63,651 nucleotides of DNA, filler included, from Octopus bimaculoides (GCF_001194135.2; 8 parts of 7 records of this genome joined end to end with filler, not necessarily neighbours in it), one strand, 5' to 3'. Positions 39,885-52,373 are shown, numbered from the whole stretch's first letter. A program made the numbers and translations. The notes: a model not told the origin generated them from the letters alone.

Positions 39885-40760
39885 ATCATCATCATTTAAT
39901 ATCCATTTTCTATGCTGGCATGGGTTGGACAGTCTGACTGGCAAACCAGAGGGCTACACCAGGACCCGGTCTGTTTTCCATACTGGCCAACTGGAGAGTT
40001 ACGCCAGGCTACAATTGTCTCTTTTGGCATGTTTCCTTTGATTGGATGCCCTTCCTAACACCAACCACATTTCAGGCTGTACTGGCTGCTTTATGTGTGA
40101 CACCAGCACAGGTGATTTTTACGTGATACAATCGTATTATTGAAATTTCATATGTATGAGATAATTCATAATTAACTCAAAACAATCATCATCGTTGTTT
40201 AATGTCCACTTTCCATGCTGGCATGGGTTGGATAGTTTGACTGAGGGCTGGCAACCCAGAAGGCTGCTCCAGGCTCCAATCCAATCTGGATGCCCTTCCT
40301 AACACCAACCACTCCAAGAATGTAGTGGGTGCTTTTTGCATGCCACCGGCACAAGGGCCACTCAGGTGGTACTGGCATCAACCATGGTTGAATGATGCTT
40401 TTTACGGGCCACTAGCACAGGGTCAGTCAGCCGGCACTGGCATCAACCACACTAGAATGGTGCTTTTTATGTGCCACCAGCACGGGAGCCAGTCAGGCAG
40501 TACTGGCATTGACCATGCTGGAATGGTGCTTTTTACGTGCCACTGGCACTGATGCCAATCACTTGCCTCAACAGGTCTTTGCAAGCGTAGTTTATTGTCT
40601 AATGATTGAAGGGTACTCTTAAATGGACTGGTTATGCTGCACTGGCATAGGCCACGGTTACAGTCTCACTTGGCTTGCTGGATCTTCTCAAGCACTGCAT
40701 ATCTCCAAAGGTCTCGGTCACTTGCCATCGACTCAGTGAGGCCCAATGTTCGAAGGTTGT
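39885..40760 (-). mobile_element. Two decayed family C copies in an EMG1 intron
   Basis: catcatcatttaat-tcca-tttc-atgctggcatgggttgga motifs at about 39890 and 40190. Confidence 0.75.
40328..40550. repeat. Imperfect tandem repeat of about 66 nt x3.5 inside a family C copy
   Basis: Units begin ggtgcttttt at 40328, 40394, 40459 and 40525. Confidence 0.75.
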
Positions 40761-41149
40761 GCTAGAATAATCTGAATGCTGAAGGGTTGATTGTTTATTA
40801 TTTAGTGTCAAAATTATTGCTGCGCGGTTACTGGCATACTTCCACTGCAACTCAGTGGAACCATATCAGTGACCAAATCACATTTGATGCAACAAAAATT
40901 TCAATACCAAATAATAAAGGATAGGTTGAAGTCAAGTCTTTGTATTTTGAATGGCTATTATATAAAAAGCACCCAGTACATTGTAAAGTGGCTGGCATTA
41001 GAAAGGGCATCCAGCCATAGAAACCAAGCCATAACAGATAATTGGAGCCTGGTGCATCTCACCAGCTGGCCAGCTCCTATCTAACCTTCTCACTCATACC
41101 TGCATGGAGAACAGAGGTTAAATGAGGATGATGTGTCTACCATATTGTA

Positions 41150-41477
41150 ATTGATTTTATATTACAACCAGTATGCTCCGATGGATGTGTAATGTCAATG
41201 TGAATACCCGTCAGAGTGTAAGTATCTTGAGAGAAAAGCTGAACATTAGAAGCATCAGTTGTGGCGTGCAAGAGAGACGATTGCGCTGGTATGGACATGT
41301 GGTGAGAATGGAGGAGGATAGCTGCGTGAAAAAGTGCCACACCCTAACAGTTGAGGGAACCCGTGGAAGAGGTAGGCCCAGGAAGACCTGGGCTGAGGTG
41401 GTGAGGCAAGACCTTCGTACATTGGGCCTCACCGAGGCGATGACTACGGACCGAGACCTTTGGAAATGGGCTGTGCA
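41150..41477 (+). mobile_element. Young family C / RTE 3' ORF fragment
   Basis: MLRWMCNV...QERRLRWYGHVVRM. Identical to 15354-15580 over 227 nt. Confidence 0.9.
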
Positions 41478-41577
41478 TNNNNNNNNNNNNNNNNNNNNNN
41501 NNNNNNNNNNNNNNNNNNNNNNTTAATTAATTAANNNNNNNNNNNNNNNNNNNNNNNNNNNNNNNNNNNNNNNNNNN

Positions 41578-42450
41578 NAATCTTCAACCAGCTATCTTGG
41601 TTGAAGGAACAATTCTGAAAGTAGTAGACAAATTTGTCTACCTGGGCAGTACACTCGGTCGTTCTTGCTCCCTGGATGAGGAAATATCTTTCAGGTTGCA
41701 GAGAGCAACTAATTCCTTCCGGTCTCTTCAGTCTCGTATCTGGTCCCAACATGGCATCGCAAGGCAAACAAAAGTTGCTGTGTACCGTGCATGTGTACTG
41801 ACATCGCTCCTCTACTCATGTGAGACATGGACTCTGTACAAACGTCAGGTAAGGGACTTTGAACGCTTTCATCAGAGATGTCTCAGGCACATTCTCAATG
41901 TTGGCTGGACCTCAAAGATTCCAGACACACAGGTGCTGAGGACAGCTGATATTTTGAGTATTGAGGCAATGGTGTACAAGCAGCGGTTACGTTGGACTGG
42001 ACACCTAATTAGAATGAAGGATAGCAGGATTCCTAAGCAGATGCTATATGGAGAACTTGTGAATGGAAGGAGACTCCAGCAGAAACCAAGGCTGCGATTT
42101 AAGGACTGTCAAGTCCTCATTAAAGACCTGTGCTATGCAGGACACTGACTGGGAGAACAATGCCTGTCATCGCCACAGATGGAGGAAGCAGGTTAAGGAA
42201 GGGATCGACACTTTTGAGAGAGCACGTATCCAGCATGAAGAACTTAAGCGAGCTGCGAGAAAGCGCACGGCTCGTATAGTGAATGGGGAAAGCTTGGTCT
42301 ACAATGTTTGCAGTCGTGTATGCTTTCAAGAGCAGGGCTCATTAGCCACTAACGGAGCCGAAAATGCAAAATATAAGTTAGTCCTAGAGCGCACAATTTT
42401 CCTGAAGGTCAGCAATGGTCTTCCTCGGTCACGCGTGGACGGCCATCATG

Positions 42451-42480
<30 letters not shown>
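41578..42480 (+). mobile_element. RTE-clade LINE 3' portion with (TATG)n tail, same family as 11340-13735 but less decayed
   Basis: VDKFVYLGSTL, SLLYSCETWTLY, RFHQRCLRHIL, RLRWTGHLIRMKDSRIPKQMLYGEL. Ends ggacggccatca(tgta)n. Confidence 0.92.
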
Positions 42481-42481
<1 letters not shown>

Positions 42482-42641
42482 TTATTCAGTTTTATTTCAA
42501 GATTTCTTACCAATAGAGAAAGAGTTGGTTTTTAACTTAGATCCAAGGCTCTTCATTGGAATTTCAATATCAACAACAGGATATTTTTGTATGTATGCAT
42601 GTATGTATGTATGTATGTATGTATGTATGTATGAATGTATG

Positions 42642-45600
42642 TTTTGTGGCAAGATTCATTGACACTCCTGTGGGATTGGAAGAATGGACTAGCCGAACTC
42701 TTATAAAGAGTAGCGTATTGGTTGAGACGACAAAGTTGTAGGAGTCGCTGAGAGTTCATGGAAGTCATTGAGAGTTTGTATTTATTGGAATATCGTGTTT
42801 AGCGGAGTATTTTGCAGTACATCGTGTTAATACAGTTATGCCTATCCTCGCTGCGTGAAATCTGTATATCCACTATATACAAGGATATAAAAGTGGTTTA
42901 CGCTGGACGTTAACATTTTCTTTTCATACAATAATCAAAGAAAAATTAACATGGAATATTTATTAGCCTCCATGGTGCAGCTTCAGGAGCAACATCAGCA
43001 ACAGTAATAGCAGCAATTAAATCAACAACACTAATACCAAAAGTTGTGGGAATTAATGTTGAAGTCCAAAAATACTTCAGGTTTGTTCTCGCCAGACGGC
43101 AATTGCAGAATTTAGTTATAACCCAGAAGTTATTACTTTTTCTACATATTTCTGAAGATATGAAGAAATATTCAAAGAGGAATGCAAAAATTGGACGGAG
43201 AATGAAAAGGTATGACTACTTTTAAGAAAATTATCCCCTACCGAACACGAAAATTATTGTAACTACATTCTGCCAAAAAAACAACGTGAAATTTGTTGCG
43301 ATGAAACAATTAAATTGTTATCGAATTTTTTCAGTGAGAGAAGTTCCCTGTTCAGTACTCGCTGTGAGTGTTTGAATTTAGTTAAAAAAGATGAAGATTT
43401 CATCACCTATGCCGGAGAATGCGAAAACTTCAAACTGAAAGAATCAACCCCAGACATGTTCAAATGTCTAATTTTTGTTCTAAGGTTAACTGCAAGCAAA
43501 GATACAGAGATACGTCTCTGGATATTGACAAAGTTAGAACAAGACTAGAATTTGACTCTGCAGGCATTGGCAGAGGAATATCAGGGAATTATTAATTTAC
43601 GACATGACACATATAAAATAGAAGAAAAGCATTACTCTCACATACATGCGTGTCGGCCTGCAACGGATATGGAAACAAAAAAAAAACCTAGAACAAGACC
43701 CAATCCATGCTATGAGTTTGGAGGTTTACATTTTAAAAATAACTGCCCGTTAAAAAATTTTAAATGTTTTAACTGTAAAAAAATCGGACATAAAAGCTCA
43801 CATTGCAGAGCAGAGAAAAAAAAGGTCAGACTGAAAAAAACCTGGAAATATTTTCTCAACATAAAGTTTAGGTGAGGCTCACAAAAGTAAGTTTGTGCAC
43901 GTAAAAATTAATAACGTGAACGTGAAGTTACAGCTAGATACAGGCAGTAATATTACAATTATTAACACTGACACAGGCAGAAAAATAGGAAAGCCTACAT
44001 TAAAAATTGCGAAAGGTGTCTCAGGATAAAAAAAAAATTACATCCTATGGGCGAAATGACAACTGAAGTTACATTTAGGGGTAAAACCTTGAAAACGAAA
44101 GTTTTTGTCTTAATGCAACAAACTTGTTCGGTACTGACTGGATGGAATTGTTTAATTTGTGGGACCGCCCCATAAATCTTTTCTGTAAAAATATAAATGG
44201 TTTTTCCTCCAGTAAACGAATTGACGAATTGAAAGAAAAAGTCAAAATATTTTTCCCGAAATTCTGTCCGATAAATTAGTTTTGTGTGCCAAAACAAAGG
44301 TGTGTTTTCAAATAAAGAATAACGCCATACTAGTATTTAAACCTAAACGAATAGTACCTTTCGCAGCGATGAAGCAAGTCAATGAAGAACTCGAGAAAAT
44401 AGAAAAATTGGAGTTATCCAAAGAGTGGAATATTCTAAATGGGCAGCACCAACTGTGTATATTAAGAAAATGAATAATATATTCAGAGGGTGCGCTGATT
44501 TTTTCACTAGTTTAAACGAATGTCTTAAAACGTTCCATTATCTGCTACCTACTCCGGAGGATATTTTTGCGAAATAAAACGGTGGAAAGATATTTTCTAA
44601 ACTTGATGGCCGTCCACTCGTGACCGAGGAAGACCATTGCTGACCTTCAGGAACATTGTGCGCTCTAGGACTAACTTATATTTTGCATTTTCAGCTCCGT
44701 TAGTGGCTAATGAGCCCTGCTCTTGACAAGCATACACGACTGCAAAATTATAAAAATGAAGGAAACACTGAAGACTAAAGAAAATAAAAATATGGGCAAC
44801 ACTAATGCGAACAGTTTCTCACTGTGCGACAATGTGTTGATGTATGCACAAAGAGTCGTAGTATCAGTCGCACTACAAAGCGTTTATTAAAGAAATTATA
44901 TATTGGTCACCCTGGAATTTCGAGAATGCAATCATTAATGAGAAGTTACGTATATTGACCTACAATGGACCATGACATTGAAGAGTCGATGAAAATCCTG
45001 CATAGGTTGCGCCCTTGCAGCCAAGTCACCACAGGTAAATTCCAACCTAAAACCGAATGTCCATGGACCAAGCCATTTTATTCCATGGACCAGGCCTCAT
45101 ATATAGTGTGCAGCATCAGTAAATGGCACGTATTACCTGATTGTAGCAGATAGTTATAAATAAGTGGCCGGAAATATGTAGATGTGGGAAACCAATCTCT
45201 ACGGTAACAATAGAATTTCTTCATAAACTCTTTGCAAGATATGGTGTCCCGGACACTATAGTATCCGAGAACGCTACGCAGTTTACGGCATATGAGTTTT
45301 AAAATTTTTGCAAAACATACGCAGTTGAACACTTCTCTACTCCACCATATCACCCAAGATCAAACGGGCAAGCGGAACAGTTCATGAATACATTTAGAAG
45401 AGCATTAAAGTAATCAAGAAACGAGCTAGTCGATGACGCAACGTTGACACAATTCTTGGGGGTTTACAGGATAACACCAAATCTAAACATTGTTCAGGCA
45501 AGTCACCTGCGGAACTAATGTTTTCACGAAAAATAAAGTCAATTTTTGACAAGCTGTTACCAGTAAGAACAAATAGGGAAAACATTAAAGACACAACAAA

Positions 45601-46393
45601 GTATTTTAATATCGCTGACAAAGTGTTTTTCAAAATATATAAAAATGAAAGAGAAGGTTGGGAAGAAGAAGTACTAACAAAAATAATAGTAAAAATGACG
45701 AACAGTTTCTCACTGTGCGACAATGTGTTGATGTATGCACAAAGAGTCGTAGTGCCAGCCGCACTACAAAGCGTTTATTAAAGAAATTTTATATTGGTCA
45801 CCCTGGGATTCCGAGAATGAAATCACTAATGAGAAGTTACGTATATTGACTTACAATGGACCATGACATTGAAGAGTCGGTGAAATCCTGCAGAGGCGAA
45901 ATTGGGAACACAAAGATATTTAAACCAGTTAAAAATAGATATACGGAAAAAAAGAAATGAGATACCCATGGAAGTACTCCTAGACACCTTTGATGTTCCA
46001 ACGCCTCACGAAGTCGAACTTAGGCGTAGCAGTACTAGAGAGACGAAACAAACAGAACGGATGGAAATAGTGTCTAAACGAAAAAAATATTAAACTCCCT
46101 TAGGAAGTAAGTCTCAAAGGGGGAGATATTGCGGTGAGAGTCATTGACACCGCTGTGGGACTAGCAGAATGGACTAGCCGAACTTTTATAAAGAGTAGCA
46201 TATTGGTTGAGACGAAGTCATAGGAGTTACTGAAAGATCGTAGAAGTCGTAGTAAGTTGTTGAGATCGTTGAGAGTTTGCATTTATTGGAGTATCGTGTT
46301 TAGTGGAGTATTTTGTAGTACGTCGTCTGAAGACAGTTATGTCTGTCCCCACTTCGTGAAATCTGTATATCCAACATATAGAAGGATATAAAA
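42642..46393 (+). mobile_element. Gypsy/Ty3 LTR retrotransposon (Mag-like), decayed and internally deleted
   Basis: LTRs 42642-42892 and 46127-46393 (about 85% identical by eye). TGG-starting putative PBS at 42894, PPT aaagggggaga at 46116-46126, flanking GTATG/GTATG. Gag with two CCHC-type knuckles (CFNCKKIGHKSSHC), protease LQLDTGS, RT N-terminus to KIFSKLD, integrase GHPG, ARYGVPDTIVSEN and PPYHPRSNGQAE. Confidence 0.93.
44604..44750 (-). mobile_element. RTE 3'-terminal fragment nested in Gypsy pol
   Basis: Near reverse complement of about 42300-42447. Confidence 0.9.
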
Positions 46394-46429
46394 GTATGTA
46401 TGTATGTATATGTGCAGATTTATATGTTT

Positions 46430-48090
46430 TGTTTTATGTATGTCTTCTCATACATATACTTGCATATCTAATCATGCTCATATATATTTAGATGATAAAC
46501 TTCAGGAAAGCTTTAGAAAGAGATTCTTACAGTTCCAGTCATCGATCGGATTTGTAATCTTCGAATCAGCTTTCTCCTTTCTAGTTTTGAGAAGTCTAAT
46601 TTCTCAAGATTGGTATTTAGACAGTGTGTCACATATCACAGGGCCCCAATAATTACAGGTATAAACCTGAACGTATAAACCTGAAATTTGCAATAACTCT
46701 GGATAGAGTAACTGCAAATTTCTTAATAGTTCAGCGTAGGTATTCCCTTTTTACTGATCTTCAGCTTTATGTTAATACCGGCTGGGCAGCTAATTTTCAC
46801 AACTGTACACAGTTTCTCTTTCCTATCCCACATCATTATATCAGGTCTGTTGTGCTTACATTTTATTGAGGTTTTCACTGGGACATTCCAGCAGTGCTCT
46901 GTTTTATTATGAGTGACTATGGCTTTTACGATATTGTGGGCTATTATTTCTTTGTCCTCGGAGTTAGCCTTCCGACGGATTTCATTGTATAGTATCCTAC
47001 CTACAATATCATATCTCATCGATAAATAATACCGTGATGATATTTTCGGACAATTGCTTATGGTGTGTGTGATATCTTCGGTATTAACTCCACAAAGTAT
47101 GCATCGATTGTCACATTTTACTGCATTTCCTGCATCTCTATCCCTTTTATGCATCAGGTATTTGGTTGATATTTCCTTTTCCTGGATAGCAAACGCATGC
47201 CCTTCAAAGTGGGAGTTAGTAATCTGGTTATTGGTCTATGATAGAATTCGTTGAAGATCAATGTTACTACTAACTCGGAGTGTTCTACTAACACATCCAT
47301 ACACAGTCGTCCGCTCATATATGCTCATCCTTTCATCTGATGATACGTTGCGGTGGAATCGTGCGACTTCTTTGGGTTATCAGACAAATATTGTTGTTCA
47401 AGGAGCTGCCTTCCAAATCTTATGATGTTATCAGCCTCGTGTATGCAAACTTTGTGAAGGGATGCACTTCGAAGATGGTGGTTAAAAGATGTTGCTGAAG
47501 GCATATCATACGACATTCAAAGTCATTTTGGATTGATGTTAAGCCTCTGCCGCCTTGTTTACGTTTAAGGTAGAGGCGGTCTGTCACTGTTGATGTGGAA
47601 ATTATGTGTGCAGGTTAGTAACTTCCACGTTTTCCCATCAATGGCTTGGATTTCATCAAACATCCAATCAAGCAGCCCAGACGTTGGTACGAGTACTGGC
47701 ACTGCAAACACATTGTGGGCCACTGTTCTATTGAATACAGAATCCTGAGTATCAAATTTTCTTTATTTGGCTATAATACTCTTTAATGTCACGTGTTTTG
47801 TTACAGATGTTATTGTAAGATATGTTTTCATCCACCTCCAGATACCTGTAACATTCCTCATCAGATATAGGGGAAACAGTCAAATCATTGATGGAGATGT
47901 TGCAAGTTTGGTATACAGGCTTCCCTCTTTTCACAACCATATAACAACATTTATCCTGACCAAACACTAACACTGCATCCTTTGAGAATGTTATAGGTCA
48001 AGGCGCTTTTTCATCGTGTGTATATTCTTTGCATAAAGTTTCAAGTCATCCACAAAGAAATTTTAGTATTTGTTTCCTTGTGAAACAGTG
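46430..48090 (-). mobile_element. R4-clade subfamily 2 element (RT C-terminus, zinc knuckle, restriction-like endonuclease)
   Basis: FGQDKCCYMVVKRGK, YLKRKQGGRGL, CILCGVNTEDITHTISNC, KCKHNRPDIMMWD, IPVIIGAL. Confidence 0.88.
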
Positions 48091-48334
48091 AGATATCCGT
48101 CAGACTTCCTTAACATGAATGACAAGGGGGACATGTCTGTATGCATGTCTATCTATCTATCTATCTCTCTCCCCCTCTCCCCCCTTTCTCTCTCTCTCTC
48201 CCCCTTTCTCTCTCTCTCTCTCCCTATATATATACNNNNNNNNNNNNNNNNNNNNNNNNNNNNNNNNNNNNNNNNNNNNTTAATTAATTAANNNNNNNNN
48301 NNNNNNNNNNNNNNNNNNNNNNNNNNNNNNNNNN

Positions 48335-49318
48335 NGCCAAATGAGGAGTGTACGGTGGGTGTGGCAGCACTTCCCAGCCATGCGTTTGAATGGCTTCCTT
48401 GGTCATATTGGTGATATGAGGGCAGGCGTTGTCGTGCAGCAGAAGAACTCCAAGCTGTCGATTAGGTCTTTTCTCTTGAATAGCCATGTTGAGTCGTTCC
48501 ATCTGTTGAATATAGAGTTCCGCGTTGACCGTTTGGTTCCGTTCAAGCGATTCGTAATGGATAATCTCTTCCCAGTCCCACCATCCGCATAACGTCGTTT
48601 TACGCGGATGAAGATCTTGTTTCACGCGCGTGTCGCTTGTTTACTGGGGCTAAGCCATTCCTTACGCTGCTTCATATTGATGTACAGGCACCATGTTTCG
48701 TCGCCAGTAACGACTCGGTAAAGAAATCGTTGCTTGTGTCCATGAGTTGAGCGGTGACGAGCAAGCAAACCAACGGAGATTGTGGCTCGTTGATTTTTGT
48801 TGTTGTCACTTAAAGCATGCGGAACCCATGCTCCATACTTCTGAACCTTTCCCATAGAGTGAAGATGCTTCTCTATAGCAGTGTTGTTTGACGAGAATTT
48901 TCGTGAAAAACATTGGTTTAATCGCTCTTCATCGAACTCAACTGGATGACCAGAACGAGGTGCGTGTTTGAGGTCAAAATTTCCATTTTTGAACTTGGCA
49001 TATCAATCACGAGCGGTTCTTTCAGCTATGGCATCTCTCCATACACAGCACATATGTCGCGATCAGCTTTTGCGACGTTAGAACCTTGATTAAAAACGAA
49101 AAGAAGGAGATGTCGAAAATGCTCGTTTTTCTTAACTTGACATTCCATTTTAATGATCTGAAAATAAAAATTAACTAAAATTAACTAGAAAAAAAAAGAT
49201 AGATTCCAAAACGATTCTAAAAAAAGAATTCTCGAAAAAAATAGATTCCAAAATTTAAAAACGCAATAAATTCCAAAGTTTTAAAAAAAACGGCAGGAAC
49301 TTAGACCAACCTAAAATA
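48335..49318 (-). mobile_element. Mariner DNA transposon, frameshifted transposase; the other end is lost in a gap
   Basis: TA-flanked TIR ttttaggttggtctaagttcc at about 49316-49296. ATG at 49148 (MECQVKKNEHFRHLLL). WVPHAL, VTGDETW, LLHDNACPH, HPPYTPHL. Confidence 0.93.
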
Positions 49319-49735
49319 CACACATACGTGTGTATGTATATATATATATATATATATATNNNNNNNNNNNNNNNNNNNNNNNNNNNNNNNNNNNNNNNNN
49401 NNNNNNNNNNNNNNNNNNNNNNNNNNNNNNNNNNNNNNNNNNNNNNNNNNNNNNNNNNNNNNNNNNNNNNNNNNNNNNNNNNNNNNNNNNNNNNNNNNNN
49501 NNNNNNNNNNNNNNNNNNNNNNNNNNNNNNNNNNNNNNNNNNNNNNNNNNNNNNNNNNNNNNNNNNNNNNNNNNNNNNNNNNNNNNNNNNNNNNNNNNNN
49601 NNNNNNNNNNNNNNNNNNNNNNNNNNNNNNNNNNNNNNNNNNNNNNNNNNNNNNNNNNNNNNNNNNNNNNNNNNNNNNNNNNNNNNNNNNNNNNNNNNNN
49701 NNNNNNNNNNNNNNNNNNNNNNNNNNNNNNNNNNT

Positions 49736-50060
49736 ATATACAAAAGAACCCAGCAATGCCATCGCGCTTCAGGACCAGTTACTGCAACAGTTTGGGTTTC
49801 AGGGGCCCACAGCTTTTTAATATTTTCCCAAAGAGCCTGAGGAACCTGCACAAAGTAGATGTAGGGGTTTTTAAATCAAAGCTGGACCTCTTCCTGTCGA
49901 GAGTCCCAGATGAACCTACTTCACGACAAGAGGTGCAAATGAGGGTTGCTAAATCAAACTCCATTCTTCACCAAGTGCCACATATTGTAGGAGGCTCCCT
50001 GTAATAACAGTGTAGCAACACGGCGGTGCATCAGCATGGCCGCAGCTCTAAGCTGAAACT
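49736..50060 (+). mobile_element. CR1-like LINE 3' end
   Basis: NSLGFRGPQLFNIFPKSLRNL...FKSKLDLFLSRVPDEP, followed by a 3'UTR. Confidence 0.85.
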
Positions 50061-50835
50061 ATAAACAACAAACAACAATACATATGTATATGCATATGCG
50101 TATGTACGTGCGTGCATATGTGTGTGTGTGTGTGGTATGCTCACCTCGCCAGGGGGGTGGCATCATTCAAAAGTTAAAGCAGTGCAAGCGCATTATGACC
50201 AACAATGTATAACAGCATCCGGTAGTCTGGTCGTATGTATGTATGTATATATGTATGTATGTATGCATTACCTTATATACATATAAAGACACAGGTATGC
50301 ACAGAAAACTTGTTCCATGCACGCACATATTTATGTTTGTGTATGTATGTATATATATATATATATATATATNNNNNNNNNNNNNNNNNNNNNNNNNNNN
50401 NNNNNNNNNNNNNNNNTTAATTAATTAANNNNNNNNNNNNNNNNNNNNNNNNNNNNNNNNNNNNNNNNNNNNGAATCTGCGTTTACTAACAGGGAGTGAA
50501 TAATTATTACAAATTAAAAGGGTAAAGGTTTATCAATTTATTAATTTATTAATAAATCAACAATTAATAATTTTTACCAAGCCCTTCGGTATGTAAGCAC
50601 CATTATCGGTGGAGAACTTATTTAAAAGTTCATATACATTTATAAACATAATTAAGGGATCAGCAAATATTTGTTTCACCATATACCGAAGTTCAGAAAT
50701 AGCAGCTAAAAAAGCTGAGTCTCCAACAGATAGCATTACTTGTAACTCACAAAGGCAAAAACAAGAAGAAAAGAACAATGAAAACTAACCATTACGAAGT
50801 TAATCGTAGACGCTATTTCTGAACTTCGGTATATG

Positions 50836-51670
50836 GTGTCTCAGACGGATCTATGGCATTAATTGGGAGGACCGCATCAGTGATCTTGAGATATTGGAAG
50901 GCTCTCGGTGCGAAAGTATAGAAACTCTTGTGTTGAAGCAAAGGCTCAGACGGAGAAGCCATCTGGTCAGGATGAAAGATTCAAGGATGCCAAAACAACT
51001 CTTTTATGGAGACTTAGTTAAAGGAGAACGACCTCCACATAAACCAAAAAAGAGGTATAAGGACTTGCTGAAGGCTTCCTTGAAAGATGCTAGCATCTCT
51101 CCTGACACATGGGAGGACATAGATATTGACCGTAGCAGGTGGAGGAGGATTGTGCATGAGGGGACATCTACTTTTGAGAAATCTCGAGTTGCGCATGAGA
51201 AAGTAAGGAGAGATGTCAGGAAGGACATCGCTATTGCATTTCCAGATGGCAAGGGTCTTCCTATGACGATGACATGCAGTGTCTGTGCAAGACCGTGCCT
51301 CAGTAAAGCTGGGCTCATGAGTCATCTTCGTAGTCATAAAGCGTGACCGATGATTGACTACCAGGCCGCTGGTGGTGGTGGTGTTACTCACTATACTAAC
51401 CATATCTGCCGGGCATGTAGAAGGGAGTGTGATTCGGCAGGAGGACTTAAACGACATACAGAGGTACATGAAACCCAATTACAGTTACAACCGGCTATTG
51501 CCAGTAAAGGTTTTAGCTGCCAATTCTGCCCAAGACATTGTAGATCTTTAGCTGGGCTAAAAAGTCACATTCGATCACAGCACGTTAACAATGGCCATAC
51601 TCGATAACGAGGGGGCAGCCATCATGTATGTATGTATGTATGTATGTATGTATGTATGTATGTATGTATA
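50836..51670 (+). mobile_element. Second RTE-clade family, 5'-truncated, with three C-terminal C2H2-like fingers and a (TATG)n tail
   Basis: CLRRIYGINWEDRI, HLVRMKDSRMPKQLFYGDL, CSVC..HLRSH, CRAC..HTEVH, CQFC..HIRSQH. Confidence 0.9.
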
Positions 51671-52373
51671 TGTGTGTGTGTGTGTGTGTTTATATATATA
51701 CGCGTATGTATATTTACATATGGATGTATATAATTGTATGTATGTATGCATGCCTGGACTTAGGTATTACTTGCTTGTGTGTGATGCATGTGTGGATGTG
51801 TCTGTGTGTGTGTGCGTGTGTGTGTGTGTACCCTGTAAGTTTATATACTGTGTATTTAAATAGAGGGATCGATTTGTGGGGAATTTGAATGAGAGTTGGA
51901 AAGAAAATGACAGAAAGATACAGAGAGAGACACAAAGAGAGAGACACACAAAGAGAGACACACAAAGAGAGACACACGCAAGAAGAGACACGCAAAGAGA
52001 GAGGGGGAGTGTGAGAATGCTGGATAAACAATAAAGTTGGTTTGGAGGAATACCTGAATGGGAAGAAAAATTATGAATATATAATATAATAGATCAATAG
52101 CAGACAAATTAATATCTGTTCTACAATAGGCACAAGGTTTGAAATTTGAGGAAGCGGGTGAGTCCATTACATCGACACCAGTGCTTAACTGGTATTTATT
52201 TTACCGACCCCGAAAGGACGAAAGACAAAGTCGACCGCGGCGGAATTTTGAACTCAGAACGTAGACAGACGGGCAGATAAATATATTGAAGAGACATACA
52301 TGCACATACATACTTACAAACATGCATACATACATATATACACATATACATCTCTCTATCTCTCTCTTTATCA

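Noticed and set aside
50557-50778. 73-aa minus ORF as a possible host exon or EMG1 last exon
   Set aside because: Wrong strand for EMG1, no YPLSAALTC motif, and no recognisable homology.
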